Counted from the stretch's first letter, positions 1 to 13,599 are shown. The stretch: 64,000 nt of DNA from Octopus sinensis (GCF_006345805.1 NC_043001.1:90706001-90770000), one strand, 5' to 3'. A program made the numbers and translations. The notes: generated by a model not told the origin, from the letters alone.

Positions 1-170
1 TGTAATTCTGGACGAAATGCCGGTCCGTCGCAAGATTACTCATTTTTCCCATCAGAGTGTGCTGGAACAACGTGAAATGAAATGTTTTGCTCAAGAACTC
101 GAGGCATCACCCAGTCCAGCCAAAGAAACCACAATCTCGCAATCATGAATGCCATACCCTAACCACTGCA
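1..170 (-). mobile_element. tRNA-derived SINE fragment (same family as 34630-34882)
   Basis: Shares 'ttactcattttt...ctggaacaacgtgaaatgaaatgttttgctcaagaac...ccctaaccact' with the 34.7 kb copy. Confidence 0.6.
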
Positions 171-526
171 TCTTTACCTTTAAATGACTACCGCGTGTCT
201 TTAATTTTCCATTCTGTGTGTAGTGCACAAGTTAAAGCATTTTAGTTTGGACTTTGTAATGAAAGAGGAATTCAAAAAGATACTCGGCATTACGCGTGGA
301 CAGGAGATAAAATATTCTGTATTTGGCTAATTAGTTAAATTTGAAATCATGGTAATTCTGCAAAAATATATTATTTCAAACATAGCGTTTATATATCTTC
401 CATAGGGAGTTATTTTACGCTAAAAAAAGTCTTACGAAATAAATTAACCGTTGTTACAAATAGTTGTTTATAATTTTGGCCTTGTGCCTAAATTAGGAAA
501 ATACACTAAGATATTCCCGTTGTGAC

Positions 527-1224
527 AATCTTACTATAATGGGCATCATGTCCATCTGTCTGTCCGTCTGTCTGTTCCCCCTTCACGGTCAAGCGGCTGG
601 ACCAATGGTCACGATGTTTTTCTGGATTACGAAGTGGGTAATCAGGAAGGCTTTTAGCGAAAAAAATGTGAAAAAATTATGACTATTTAGTGAATATTGA
701 GCTTTGTATTAATAAATCACCTTAGATTTTTTTGTTAAAATTCCGGCGACGAGGATTGACTCTGGATTCCCCGCCTCTGGTATAGTTCGTAAATTTAGAG
801 GGTTTAGATTTGTGATACTATCCCCTTATTTCCCATCGTAAATGGGCAGATTTGCGATCTTACTATAATGGGCGTTATGTCCCTCTGTTTGTCCGTCTTT
901 TTGTCTGTTCCCTCTTCACGGCCAGACGGCCGGACCAATGGTTACGATATTTTTCGGGATTACAAAGACGGTCGTCAGGAAAGTTTTTAGCATTAAAAAA
1001 TCTGAAAATATGATTATTTCGTGGATATAGATTTTTGAATTGATAGAACAGTGAGAGGTAAGTCTTAGTTTGATTTTTTGCAACCCTAAAGATTCCGCTC
1101 GCGCTTTCACAGCAAACAAGGCACAGGGCCATACTTTAGATCGTATATGTGTATTTTTACCCACTTCGATATTTACACACGGCCAGTTATACGTTGCTAT
1201 GAGTAGAGCAACGGACTCCAGTAA
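527..1224 (+). mobile_element. Two tandem 5' ends of a non-autonomous Helitron/DINE-like repeat
   Basis: 'atcttactataatgggc...(gtct)n-like...cccttcacgg...ggaccaatggt' occurs at about 527 and again at about 857. Classification from general architecture only. Confidence 0.4.
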
Positions 1225-1299
1225 TTTAAAAATTAAATCCTAACCCTAAATTCCTTCCAAAAGGTATCTGCTGACATGGAGAGATGGGAACGAACTGCC

Positions 1300-3415
1300 G
1301 GTATCCAACAAGATAAGACAAAACCAAACCCAGAGGGACTTGCATTTCCTCACAGACCTGCAGTGAAGACCACTGAAAGTCTGAATGCAGAAGCATTGCC
1401 AGCTGCAACCATAAAACAGAAGCCTTTAAGTGTAGAAAAGAACATAGAGCAGTAGCTGGCATGGTTGCAAACAAAACTAAGCCATGCACACCCTCACATA
1501 CAAGACTGCCTCAAATAATAGACCCAGAATGGTCACCTTTGCTGCAAAGCCGGCAATCACACCAATTCTTCTGATAAGTACCGAGGCCTCTTACAAAACA
1601 ACAGTAAGCGCAAAATTGCATACCTGAGACATCTTTCTGAATGCAGTCAAGCAATATGCATTGCACTTACGAAGACATCTGTCTGCAGATACAAATGATG
1701 CAGAAATACACATACTGGTGTATGTTGTATTCCGTGCAGACAGAAGAAAAGTTACGATGGAGTTGCACTGTACATCAGTAAAAATGTCACACCACTAACC
1801 CTGTTGTCACATTCAAACTCGGTCTGTGACGCACTCGTACAGCATTTAAAACAACTTGATATGGTAATATGCACGTTATGTATCTTATCCGATGCCTCAA
1901 AATCACGATGGCAAATTTGAGGAAAACTTTTTTAATGTACTTCTGATGGGTAACTTCAACTTCCCAAACATCAGTTGGTCAGAAGACAGCATAATTTTTG
2001 GTACGACACACAAAGAGTGCAGTCAAACAGAATCTCTGTTTGATCTTCATTGCACGAAAATGCTGTTCATGGAGCAAACCATACTCTCTCCAGCCAGAAA
2101 CAATAACATATTACACCTCAGCGTTACCAACACTATGAAACTTATTCACAATATCACTGACAATGTTTTCAGACCACACGATGCAACTGACGATGTATGG
2201 TCAAAAACTAATTACTGATGTATTCCACGCAGATGGCACCCAAACCTTATCCAGTCACAACTTCTACAAGGCTGATTAGAAGTCAATTGAAAATAGACAC
2301 TCCAGTAAAATTGGCTCAAAAGTCTCTTTATACATGACATTGATATGAAACTTAAAGAATTCATACCAATAGTGCAAGCTATATGCATTAAATTTGTCCC
2401 AGAGAAGAGAACGACTACATACAAAAATATCATTCATCGAGACAGGAGAGTCCTTATGAAACCGAGAATAAAGATTTCCAATCGCTTAAATAAACAACAG
2501 CAAGAAATCGCTCCTCAAAGAGGTACTTTTAGAAATCGAATATGAACTCACACTATGTCATGAAAAGGAAGGGGTACAAAGAGAAACCAGGGTGGTGAAA
2601 ACTATAAAAATTAATCCTAAAGTTGTCTGCCACTTTGCGAAAGAATTTGCCTAGGCGAACTACAAGGTAGGGCACTGTTTGAAGAAGATGGCTCACTAAC
2701 TGCAGACTTTAAGATAGGTGAAGAACTAAATAAGCAATTCCAAAGCGCAAATTATTAAAATAAGATATGATATGCCTTGTGCATAAAAGAAGAGACAGAG
2801 CAGATGCTAAAAATTACAGGTCTATCTCTCTGACTTCAACTGATAGCAAGCTCATGGAACGTATTGTCAGAAGGATGATCACATTCTTGAAAGAAAATAA
2901 TTTGCTCACAAACACATATGTCCGTTCGGGGAGGAACTGCCTCACACAACTACTACAGCATTATGACTGGATACTGAAACAGTAGCCCAACCACTTTTGC
3001 AATGTGCTCTCTCTAGGGACACATTAATTTGCAGTTGACTTCCGCAAGGAATTGTATTGAAACCACTACTGTTTGTGGTGGTTCTCTCAAACATGCTCTC
3101 AGCCACAGTCAGCTACTCTCACCAGCTATGTTGATGATACAAAAGTGTCATAGACGGTCAAGGACCTGATGACATCATACTAAAACTGCAAAATGACTCG
3201 TATGCAATATACATATTACCAAAGCGGTAACATTGGGCAGGTGAGTTACTGATTGATTCTGAGATCATTCAGAATAAGAAAAAAAAATGATACCATATTA
3301 CCCCTATAGAGAATTTTCTTTCTCAGTCGTCTGGATTACTGCTCCCAACTGTAGTCACTGCAGAGCATCAAACTGGTGGCGGAACTTGAGGCAATCCAAC
3401 GCCACAACGCAAACA
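1300..3415 (+). mobile_element. Decayed CR1-like LINE (APE endonuclease and RT remnants)
   Basis: Broken frames with GNFNFPNISW, NYRSISLTSTDSKLMERIV, YVDDTK, LDYCSQL, LEAIQR. Confidence 0.75.
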
Positions 3416-3448
<33 letters not shown>

Positions 3449-3509
3449 CATTATTACTACTATTATTATTATTATTATTATTATTATCATCATCATCATC
3501 ATCATCATT

Positions 3510-4145
3510 CAGTAGTCATATTTTTATCACGTGTTTTCACTGTAATACCAAGCGCAGCTCTGTGTGCCTTGCGTATATGCTGTGGTTTGTTGTGATGCTC
3601 TTATTATTACTGTATTGAAAGTATTTTACGTAGGCTGTGTGCAGTGCCTAGTAGTGCTATTTTCTGTATGTTATATATATTTGTTAGTCCTGGTGTTAGG
3701 GTTAGGGTTGTCTGAATATTTGTTTATGATACCTAATGCGCCTATTGTGATAGGAATTGTTTCTGTTTTTAGACTCCAATTTCGAGTTACCTCTATTTCT
3801 AGGTCTTTGTATTTTGAAAGTTTCTTCATTTCTTTTAGAGAAACGTTATCATCTGTTGGTATCGATACATCGATTAGAAAGCAATTTTTTTATCTTGATG
3901 ATCTCCGAAAACTATATCCGGCCTATTGTCCTTAATTTCTCTATCTGTGTGTAATGGCATATCTCATAGTATGGTTGCTTTCTCATTTTCTTTGACGTTT
4001 TCTGGCGTGTGCTTATACCATATTTTTTCTGTTGTTATTCCGGTGTTGGCATAGCTTCCAGTGTCTGTCAATATATTCCTTCTTAGCCAAGACTGGACAG
4101 CCAGAAACAATATGGTTTATTGTTTCTTGTCCATCTCCACATATT
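3510..4145 (-). mobile_element. 3' part of an R4/Dong-like non-LTR element (restriction-like endonuclease)
   Basis: Minus strand reads ETINHIVSGCPVLAKKEY ... WYKHTPENV ... NRPDIV ... CFLIDVSIP ... KLSKYKDLEIEV ... IPITIGALG. The 3' end abuts a (TGA)n/(TAA)n tract, the kind of target known for Dong elements. Confidence 0.8.
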
Positions 4146-5564
4146 CAAAAAAAGTTCAAAAAAGGAAACAGTGCTACAGAAGCAACCCAAAAAACCCATT
4201 CTGTTTATGGGGAAGAGTACTTGGGCGACAGAAGTTGTACAAGATGGTTTGCAAAATTCAGAAATGATGATTTCAGCCTAGGAGAAAGACCACGAATAGG
4301 ACATCCTGTTGAATTTGATGATGAGCTTCTTTTGTCAGAGTTTGGGAAGAATAATTCTGTATCAGTTGAAGAATTGGCAACCACGCTTCATTCAAGCCAT
4401 TCAACTGTTCACCACCATCTTCAACAGCTTGGAAAGGTGTCCAGACTTGGAAAATGGGTTCCCCATGATTTGAGTGGACATGTGCTCATCTCATCATTCT
4501 CGTGAACATATCTCACTTTTGGACAGATTAGTGACTGGTGATGAAAACTGATTTTTTAATGAAAACGTAAAGCAATGCAGACAATGGCTTTGTTGTGTAG
4601 AACAGGCTAAACCAGAACCTAAAATGGACTGCCATACAAAAGAGTTCTTTCTGTTTAGTGGGATTGTGTTGGAGTCATCCACTTTGAGCTGCTCCCAATG
4701 CAACAACTTCTGCTCACACCTATTACCAACAATTAGTGTGTTTGGATGCTGCTTTGAAGGAAAAAAAGACCTGCTTTGACGAATCATAAGGGAGTGGTAT
4801 TTCATCATGATAATGAAAGGCCCCACACTGCAAGTTTACATCAGACAAAAATAAAAGAACTTGGCTGGGAAAAAATCCCTCACCCGCCTTATTCCCCGGA
4901 TTTCTCTCCTTCTGATTACCATTTGTTTCAAAGCTTACAGAATCATTTAAATGGATTAATACTCAAAAGTCCCAAAAACTAATCTCTCTTCCTTTTCATC
5001 AAAGCCAAGAGTTTTTCACCAATGAAATTAAAAAACTGATGAGTAGGCGTAGGAGTGGCTGAGGTAAGTAGCTTGCTTACCAACCACATGGTTCTGGGTT
5101 CAGTCCTACTGCGTGGCACCTTGGGCAAGTGTCTTCTACTATAGCTTCAGGCAGACCAAAGCCTTGTGAATGGATTTGGTAGACGGAATCTGAAAGAAGC
5201 CCATCGTATATATTTATATTTATGTGTGTGTGTGTCTGTGTTTGTCCCCCCAATATCGCTTGACAACCGATGCTGGTGTGTTTACATCCCCGTAACTTAG
5301 CAGTTCAGCAAAAGAGGCCAATAAAATAAGTACTAGGCTTACAAAGAATAAGTCCTGGGGTCGATTTGCTCGACTAAAAGGTGGTGCTCCAGCATGGTCA
5401 CAGTCAAATGGCTGAAACAAGTAAAAGAGTAAAAGAGAGTAAGTAGATGGAAGTCATTGATAATAATGGGAATTATATACAGGATTAAACTTTAATAAAA
5501 TGTAAAATTAGATCACGTCTTTTCCTTTTCACAAAATTTGAACATTACTTATGGGATAACCTAA
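4146..5564 (+). mobile_element. Decayed mariner transposon, interrupted by a SINE at 5045-5440
   Basis: KWVPHDLS, VTGDE, FHHDNERPH and HPPYSPDFSPSDYHLF motifs in broken frames; 3' TIR-like 'acttatgggataacctaata' followed by TA. Confidence 0.85.
5045..5440 (+). mobile_element. tRNA-derived SINE family A (internal TA/TG microsatellite, 'gtaaaaga' tail)
   Basis: Head ggcgtaggagtggct...ggttcagtcc with A/B-box-like motifs. Other copies: 6240-6662+, 9080-9475+, 13600-14098-, 17292-17710+, 24065-24425+, 36085-36507-, 40650-40862+, 51596-52160-, 62560-62955+. Confidence 0.9.
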
Positions 5565-6239
5565 TATATATTCACACATACAAATGTTTTGCTCTCTCAA
5601 CAGAAGGTGATTGATTCCCAAACCCTTCTATCTTTCATTTTCAAACATTGCCAGACCCATATCCAGCAACTTCCCAGTTTAAAGTTTATTTTGATAACAG
5701 TCTAAGTTTTTGTCTTTACTTTTGGGGTGGGGGGCACTAAAATTTAATACATGAATGAATTATGAAACAGAAACATTAAGTGATACACAAGATATTAACT
5801 TGGACAAACGTTATTTAGTTACCATCATATTATATCTGTGCATACAATCTCAACAAATGAAACTTGTGATTTATTGTGATTCACAGCTGAAACAATTTCT
5901 CTTTCTGTACCAATGCTCTTAAGAAAGGTATTAATGTCAATACCTTCATTCTCAACTCCCGACAACTGTAAAGTTTTATTCCCATGTATATTCACTGTGC
6001 AGTTAAAATCTAACAATAGTAATTAAATGAGAATAAATTCAATAAAATATTCCTAAAAATGTCAATTGAACTGGCTGAATGAAATTATATCAGTGAATCC
6101 TGTTTCAGAGGGGTTTTCCTTTTTCTTTTTCCTTGTATAAAACACATAGGAGAGATTATTATTGCACAATAAAGGAAAATATTGTATACAGCCAGAGAAG
6201 TTACTGTTGCACATTAACATAATTTTTTGTCTGTTAATC

Positions 6240-6399
6240 GGTGTAGGAGTGGCTGTGTGGTTAGTAGCTTGCTTACGAACCACATGGCTCCGGGTTCAGT
6301 CCCACTGTATAGCACCTTGGGCAAGTGTCTTCTACTATAGCCTCGGGCTGACCAAAGCATTGTGAGTGGATTTGGTAGACAGAAACTGAAAGAAGCCCG

Positions 6400-6454
<55 letters not shown>

Positions 6455-6662
6455 TGCGTGCCTGTGTTTGTCCCCTCAACATCGCTTGACAACCAATGCT
6501 GGTGTGTTTACATCCTCATAACTTAGGGGTTCGGTAAAAGATACCAATAGAATAAGTACTAGGCTTACAAAGAATAAGTCCTGGGGTCGATTTGCTCGAC
6601 TAAAGGTGGTGCTCTAGCATAGCCACAGTCAAATGACTGAAACAAGTAAAAGAGTAAAAGAA
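6240..6662 (+). mobile_element. SINE family A copy
   Basis: Full-length match to the 5045-5440 copy. Confidence 0.9.
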
Positions 6663-8289
6663 TAGTAATAATGGTTTCAAAAATAGCAGAAGACCAGCAA
6701 GTTAAGAAGAGGAAGTTAGTCAATTATATCAACCCAAGTACTTGACTGTACTTATTTTTTTGATTCCGAAATGCTCAGAACAATAGCATTAACAGCAACA
6801 ACAATAGAAGAATTTATGTTACATATATATAACATATATTCTGTGAAATACAAATTCCTCAAAGCAAATAAGAGTAATACAAATATGGAGTACAAAATTT
6901 TTATTCATAATATTAAATTGAATATATATATTTCATGGTGTGTTGATCTCCAGTGATTTCAAAAGCGACCTGAGCGCATTACAGTAAACTGAAAATAGAG
7001 TAATATCAAGGGAGGGAATTAAAACAATAGCCAAAGTTTGCAAATAGGTTACAGTATTGTAGCAATAAAAAGAAACTGTAAATTGTTAAAACAGCATGAA
7101 GGTGATGCTTGTGGTTAAGAAGATTAGATTAAAAATTAATTCCAAAACAAGGGAAAGCTTCTGTGTGGATTAAGAAGGAAAACCTAGAGAGGGCTTACAG
7201 TCACAAATAAATGGTTTCTGATTAGGCACAAAGCCAACAGTTCTGAGGGTAACAGGTTTAGTTGATGCCATCAATCCCAGTAGATTTGTGTTTTGCATTT
7301 CCTGATTGGCTGTTCTTTTTTCTGCCTTTTTCATTGGTTATTTTTTTATGGGACAGGATATTTTTGCTTTAGTTACTCATCCTAGATTTACAATTCAGTT
7401 AAGAACAAGCTTAACTCAATTATAAATCTAGAGTGTATAGGCAAATTAATAATATACCCAGTCATCAAAAACTAAAAGAGGCAGAAAACAACAGCTAATC
7501 AACAAGCACAAGATGGAAATCAATGAACAAACCTAAGTATGAGACCACAAGCACCAAACGAATATGAATATACCATCAAAGCCGAACTGTAAGACTTCTC
7601 ATATGAACTTCACAGTGATGTGAAATACAATATGCAAGATAAAAATCTAGTTTTGATAAATGATATACTCTACATGTATTGAGACCACGTTCTCTCCTCA
7701 AATCCACCACATTCCATGACTGTTCATTCATTTATCCTTTACCTCTTGTAGCTATATTTCTTTCATCAATTTTTCTTTTATCATCATAATTATTTCATAT
7801 TTCTGTGTCTTCATTTTCTTAATCTACATAATTTTTTTTTCTTTACCCAATAAAAAATTATTTTTACTAGCAGATTATATTGTCAAATCTTCAGAGATCA
7901 TGTAACTCTCATTAGTAACCTTTAAGATTTATATTGGACAGCTGACAGTGTTATGGTATCACCTACCTCAATACTACAATATAATTGCATAATGTTACTA
8001 TTGAGTGTTATACAACCTCCAAAGATTTGACAATACAATCTGCTTATAAAAATGTTCTTATGTAAAAAGCTATTTTTCATTGCTAATGAACTGTAAGATG
8101 ATGCAACTAAATAATTTATAAACAAACTGTCAAGACGTTTGTACTAAATTTTACAATATTTTATGGGGGGGGGGTTTTCAGGAATAGCTTGATGTATTTA
8201 TTGGTGAACAGTCAACAGTACTTGCAAGCATAAAGATTAAAGTTGTAGTTGAGAAAAGGTTAGCTAATAGAGGACTGAAAGCCATCTGA

Positions 8290-8890
8290 ATATTGGGGAA
8301 AAATTATCTGTATCATTATGATTCGTGTCAGATATCAAAATACTGACAGCTGTTCAATGCTCTGTGAACTCTGTAAAGGCTGTAAGACATGACATGGACA
8401 ACTGCAACAGAAACTACAAAGCTATGGCCAGGAGGTGAGACACGACAGGTGATCTGTCTGCATCTGAACACCAGAATTCATCACTACATCTTTGAACAGG
8501 ATCTTAGGCTCAATTCAAATGGTTGTGTGAAGCTTCTGGAGACTGTGGTCAAACCCTGGCTGGAGAGGATTGGTGCTTGAAGGCCACATGTGTAGCAGCA
8601 GGATTCAGCTATTTGCCATATCTCCAGAAAGAGTCAGCAGTGGTTGTCACAGAATTTCTACAACTTTACCAGCCCCAATACCTGGCCACCTACTTCCCCA
8701 GATTGTAATCCTATGGGGTGCAGTTGAAAAAGACATCAACCGCTCTGCCTACAACACCAAAGCTGAGCTGGAAGCCAACATCAAGGTTGAATTTGAAGAT
8801 CTTCCCAAGGACACAGAGAGGAACATATAAACCAGACTTCAGAGCAAGCTTCAGGCTACGAAGAAAGCTGAGCCCTAATCTAGAGATGCT
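8290..8890 (+). mobile_element. Decayed Tc1/maT-like transposase fragment
   Basis: Frame remnants QQDS ... WLSQNF ... WPPTSPDCNP ... GAVEKDINRSAYNTKAEL. Confidence 0.65.
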
Positions 8891-9079
8891 TTTTGATTTT
8901 TTAAAATAGTTTTATATTTGGATGGAAATCATCTTTTATGCAAATCATCAAATTTATCTCAGACATCTTGTATATATATATGTGTGTGTATGTGTGTGTG
9001 TGTGTGTGTGTGTGTATACATGTGTATAATATGTATATATATATCTGTATATAAGAGTGTGTATATATAATATATATAC

Positions 9080-9475
9080 GCAGGAGTGGCTGTGTGGTAA
9101 GTAATTTGCTTACCAATCACATGGTTCTGGGTTCAGTCCCTCTGCATGGCATCTTGAGCAAGTGTCTTCTACTATAGCCTTAGGCCAACCAAAACCTTGT
9201 GAGTGGATTTGGTAGACGGAAACTGAAAAAAGCCCATCGTGTGTGTGTGTGTGGTGTATTTATGTGTCTGTGTTTGTCCCCCTCCCCACCATTGTTTGAC
9301 AACCAATGTTGCTGTGTTTACTTCTCTGTAATTTAGCAGTTCAGCAAAAGAGACCAATAGAATAAGTACTAGGCTAACAAAGTATAAGTCCTAGGGTCAA
9401 TTTGCTCAATTATAGGTGGTGCTCCAACATGGCTGCAGTCAAATGACTGAAACAAATAAAAGAATAAAAAGGAAA
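9080..9475 (+). mobile_element. SINE family A copy
   Basis: Matches the family consensus. Confidence 0.85.
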
Positions 9476-9498
9476 AGAATATACAAATACATATATAC

Positions 9499-9544
<46 letters not shown>

Positions 9545-9568
9545 TGTGTGTGTGTATGTATATATGTA

Positions 9569-9599
<31 letters not shown>

Positions 9600-9602
<3 letters not shown>

Positions 9603-9718
9603 CAAAATTTAAAGGACTGACCACTAAAAGTGGACGGTCAACATGCTAGATATAGATGACGTCTATATCTAGCATGTTGACCGTCCACTTTTTGTGGTCA
9701 GTCCTTTAAATTTTGTAT
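9600..9718. repeat. Near-perfect palindrome (about 57-bp arms)
   Basis: 9600-9656 is the reverse complement of 9662-9718 with one mismatch. Confidence 0.9.
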
Positions 9719-10596
9719 GTAAAAATATTTTAATCTTCGGATTTTTTTAATATGCTGGGCCACTTGTTTTAATTGATTAATATCAATTTCTACCCTTATT
9801 AAATATATATATACTAGACTATGCATGACCCATTGGGTCACTGGAAAACTGAGTTTTGTTTCGTGAGTTATTTTTTCTTTTCCAGGTTATTTGGCATGCT
9901 TCCAACGAATATGACATCAAAATCATGCATAAATGGCTCCTTTCCAGAAAAGGAAAGCTTTGGTTGCTATTTCTTGCACACCCTGCTACCATGTGACAGG
10001 TATTTCAGGTCCTTTATCACAAATAGCTGTTACATGTAGTAGGGCGTGCTAGAAATAGCAGCCATATCTTTGGAGGTGACATTCATTGAATGCACTTGAA
10101 AAAAACCTATGAAAAAAACTTTTTCACACTGAGGTTATGAACAGGTCTTTTACAAAATATTTACCATATTTTTGAAGTCATTTTCTCTTTAAAATGTTTT
10201 TTTAAATATGCAAAAAAATTTTTGTAATGGTATTCACTTGAAAATAATTTTAAAAAACATTAAAATATTGTCTGTTTAAAGAAAGCTAAAATATAAATAC
10301 TTACTATACAAATAACTTATATTTTTGAATTACATTCACTTAAAAATATTTCTAAATGATTAAAATATTGTGTTTAACAAAAATGAAAATAGAAACATTT
10401 ACTGTAAAAAACAAATTGTATTTTTATGTTGTCAAGTCACTGTGTCTAATCAAAAGATAAGAGTTTCTTCCCTTTCAGGATTAAGATTATTTTCAGAATA
10501 TTTTCCAATTATGCACCAGTTTGGCTGGGTAACATTTCAAGCAAGCAAGATTCAAGCTGATTCAATGTATTATATATATATATCTATATATATATA

Positions 10597-10626
<30 letters not shown>

Positions 10627-10627
<1 letters not shown>

Positions 10628-12168
10628 GAAGTAGGGGTTCGCCAAGGATCAGTCCTCTCCCCCTCATATTCATTATAGTCCCACCGAGCAATAACAGAGG
10701 AATTCAAGAGCTCCTCTATGCTGATGACCGTGCTCTAATAGCCGAGTCACTGCTAGAATTGGAGACGAAGATTAGGGAGTGGAAGCAAGGTCTAGAATTA
10801 AAGTGCCTTAGGGTTAACCTACCAAAAACTAGAGTCTTAGTAAGTAGGAAGGCTGTCAAATCAGAACCCCATTCAGATACATGGCCCTGCTCGATCTATA
10901 GAAAAGGCATAGGTAGAAACTCCATATGATGTACCCAGTGTCAGCTATGGACACATAAAATGTGCAGCAATATCAATGGAAGGTTAACCGGGAAAATGGA
11001 TTTTGTGTGCAGTAGATGCACTGGGGCAATAAACACTGAAAATGTATAGAAAACTGATTACATCACATGCCAGGGGGAGAAACTAGAAGTAGTTAATAGT
11101 TTCTGCTACCTAGGAAACCAAGTTTGTAGTGGGGGCAGTTGCTCTGAGAGTGTAGCGACTAGAATAAGAATAGCCTGGGCAAAGTTCAGAGAGCTCCTAC
11201 CTCTGCTGGCAACTAAATCCTCTCGCTCAGGGTGAAAGATAGACTGTAAGATGCATGTGTGTGAACTGTCATGCTACACGGCAGTGAAACATGAGCCATG
11301 AATGCTGAGGACATACATAGGCTTGAAAGAAAGGAAGCTAGTATGATCCACTGGATGTGTAATGTCAATGTGCATACATGACAGACTGTAAGCGTCCTAA
11401 AAGAAAAGTTAGGCATAAGAAGCATCAACTATGGTGTGCAAGAGAGGCAACTGTGTTAGTATGGCCATGTGTTAACATATGAATGATGACAGCTGTGTGA
11501 GGAAGTGCCACTCCCTTACTGTAAAAGGAACCTGTGGAAGATATAGACCCAGAAAGACATGGGATGAGGTAGTGAAGCATGACCTTCGAACATTGGGTCT
11601 CAAAGAGGCAATGATAGGAGACTGGGATCTATGAAGAAATGCAGTGATTGAGTAGACCAGGCAACTAAAGTGAGATTGCAGCCATGCATGTCCAGCCCTG
11701 TTAAGAATACATTGATGCATTGGGTGATATGATATGCTTGAGAAGACCTGTTGAATCAAGTAAAACCAACATCATAACTGGGGCCAGTGCCCCTGGCTTA
11801 CTCACGTGCTAGTGACATGTAAAAAACACCATCCGAACATGGTCAATGCCAGATCTGCCTGACTGGCTCCTATGCCAGTGGCACGTAAAAAGCACTAACC
11901 GATCATAACCGATGCCAGTACCCCCTAACTGGCTCCTGTACCAGTAGCATGTAAAAAGCACCATCCAAACGTGATCACTGCCAGGCCCACCTGACTGGCT
12001 CCTGTGCACCCACTAAACTCTTGGAGTGGTTGGCGTTAGGAAGGGCATCCAACTGTAGAAACATTGCCAGATCAGATTGGAGCCTGATGCAGCCTCTAGC
12101 TCTCTAGACTGCTAAACCGTCCAACCCATGCCAGCATGGAAAACGGACATTAAACAATGATGATGATG

Positions 12169-12170
<2 letters not shown>
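10627..12170 (+). mobile_element. RTE-type LINE, 3' part (RT, Cys-rich insert, repetitive 3' UTR, (GAT)n tail)
   Basis: EVGVRQGSVLSP, ELLYADD, RIAWAKFRELLPLL, RPRKTWDEVV motifs; ends 'aacccatgccagcatggaaaacggacattaaacaatgatgatgatg'. Confidence 0.9.
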
Positions 12171-12219
<49 letters not shown>

Positions 12220-12584
12220 CAAATGAGTATGTATATATATATACATATATATGTGTGTGTGTGTATGTATGTATGTATGTCTATATGTATGTATGTATGT
12301 ATACACATATATTTACAGGAAATTAATTATATGGCTGGTCATAAAGTGACTGATGGTTTTGAATCTATAAAGCACTTAGCCATATAGACGACTCCTAATA
12401 GACAACTCTTGGGAGTCATCTGTAATGCTAAGGCTAAGCACTTTATGGATGTGAAACCATCGGTCACTCTATGACCCACCATATGATTAACAGTCTGTAA
12501 ATACTTTACAGTTCTTTTAGAGTGTGCTTCTTTTTCAGATGATCCACTGATGATATATATACATATACATATATATATGTATGC

Positions 12585-13280
12585 AACTCCCTGCACCCAC
12601 CCTACCATTGCCCATCTCCCATTTATCCTCACCTACCACCTCTCTACCCTGCCCTTCCAACACACCATTCTCCAAGCCTTCCAGTGACTCCAGTCTGATC
12701 CCTCCATGTTGCACATCTTCCCCAACCTAACCCTTCCCTCCTTCAAACAAGCCCACAACCTATGTGACCTTCTGGTCCACAGTTTCTGCCCTAACCCCAC
12801 CTCCAAACCTGGCTTGTTCCCCTGCTCCCACCCACACTGCTGCACTCACCCCTACCTCTCCAATACTACCATCCTCACAGGCACTCATCATTGTCCCTAT
12901 CATATCCCCTCTCAATATTAGACACATGCACTTACAAAAGCACACATCCACATATCAAAGTCACTAGCCCCTATCCACACACTTACACACTCTCACATAC
13001 ACACATGCATGCGCATCTTCATTTTGGGATCACCGGTACTTTATTGTCTCCCCTTCTTCCTAGCTCTCCTGTCCAACTTTTTTCAAACCAGTTGCCATGC
13101 TCAATCACTAAATCCACAAGTCTTTTTTATTTGCTCTGTTTATTTTCTCTTTTTCTGTTTAAGAGCGTAGGCTCAAAACATAAAAGATTTTCTCACTTTC
13201 CTGAGCATCAAATAAATACACCTGCTTGTTGTTTATAGAACTGTCTTCGACTTTCAGTTTTCTGTAAATTTCAACTATAT
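12585..13280 (+). mobile_element. Penelope-like element remnant (RT-to-GIY-YIG linker plus pLTR-like 3' end)
   Basis: HLPFILTYH ... SFKQAHNLCDLLVHS ... PGLFPCSHPHCCTHPYL resembles the NLRDxLV...GxxPCxxxRCxTC linker of Neptune-type PLEs; degenerate hammerhead at 13149-13187. Confidence 0.7.
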
Positions 13281-13535
13281 ATACATAAATCCATAAATCC
13301 TAAAGTTTATTTTAGAATTTATGGGAGCAACTGTCTTTGAAGACTCATATTGTCATTGAATGCTTGAAATGAAGAGTAGATAGATATCCAACAACTGATG
13401 AAGGGTCCTTTCTCTGTGTTTACTTGTCTTGTTTTCAATTTTTTTTTCTCGTTGTTTATGTATTTAACTCGTTTGTTTACATATTTCATGTTGTTTGCAC
13501 CACCGGTGGCATCATATACCCATATATGCATGCAT

Positions 13536-13599
<64 letters not shown>

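Noticed and set aside
11780-12010. Regularly spaced repeats (gccagtggcacgtaaaaagcacc) resembling a CRISPR array
   Set aside because: The spacers are similar to each other and the array is part of the RTE 3' UTR found in many copies; eukaryotic context, no cas genes.
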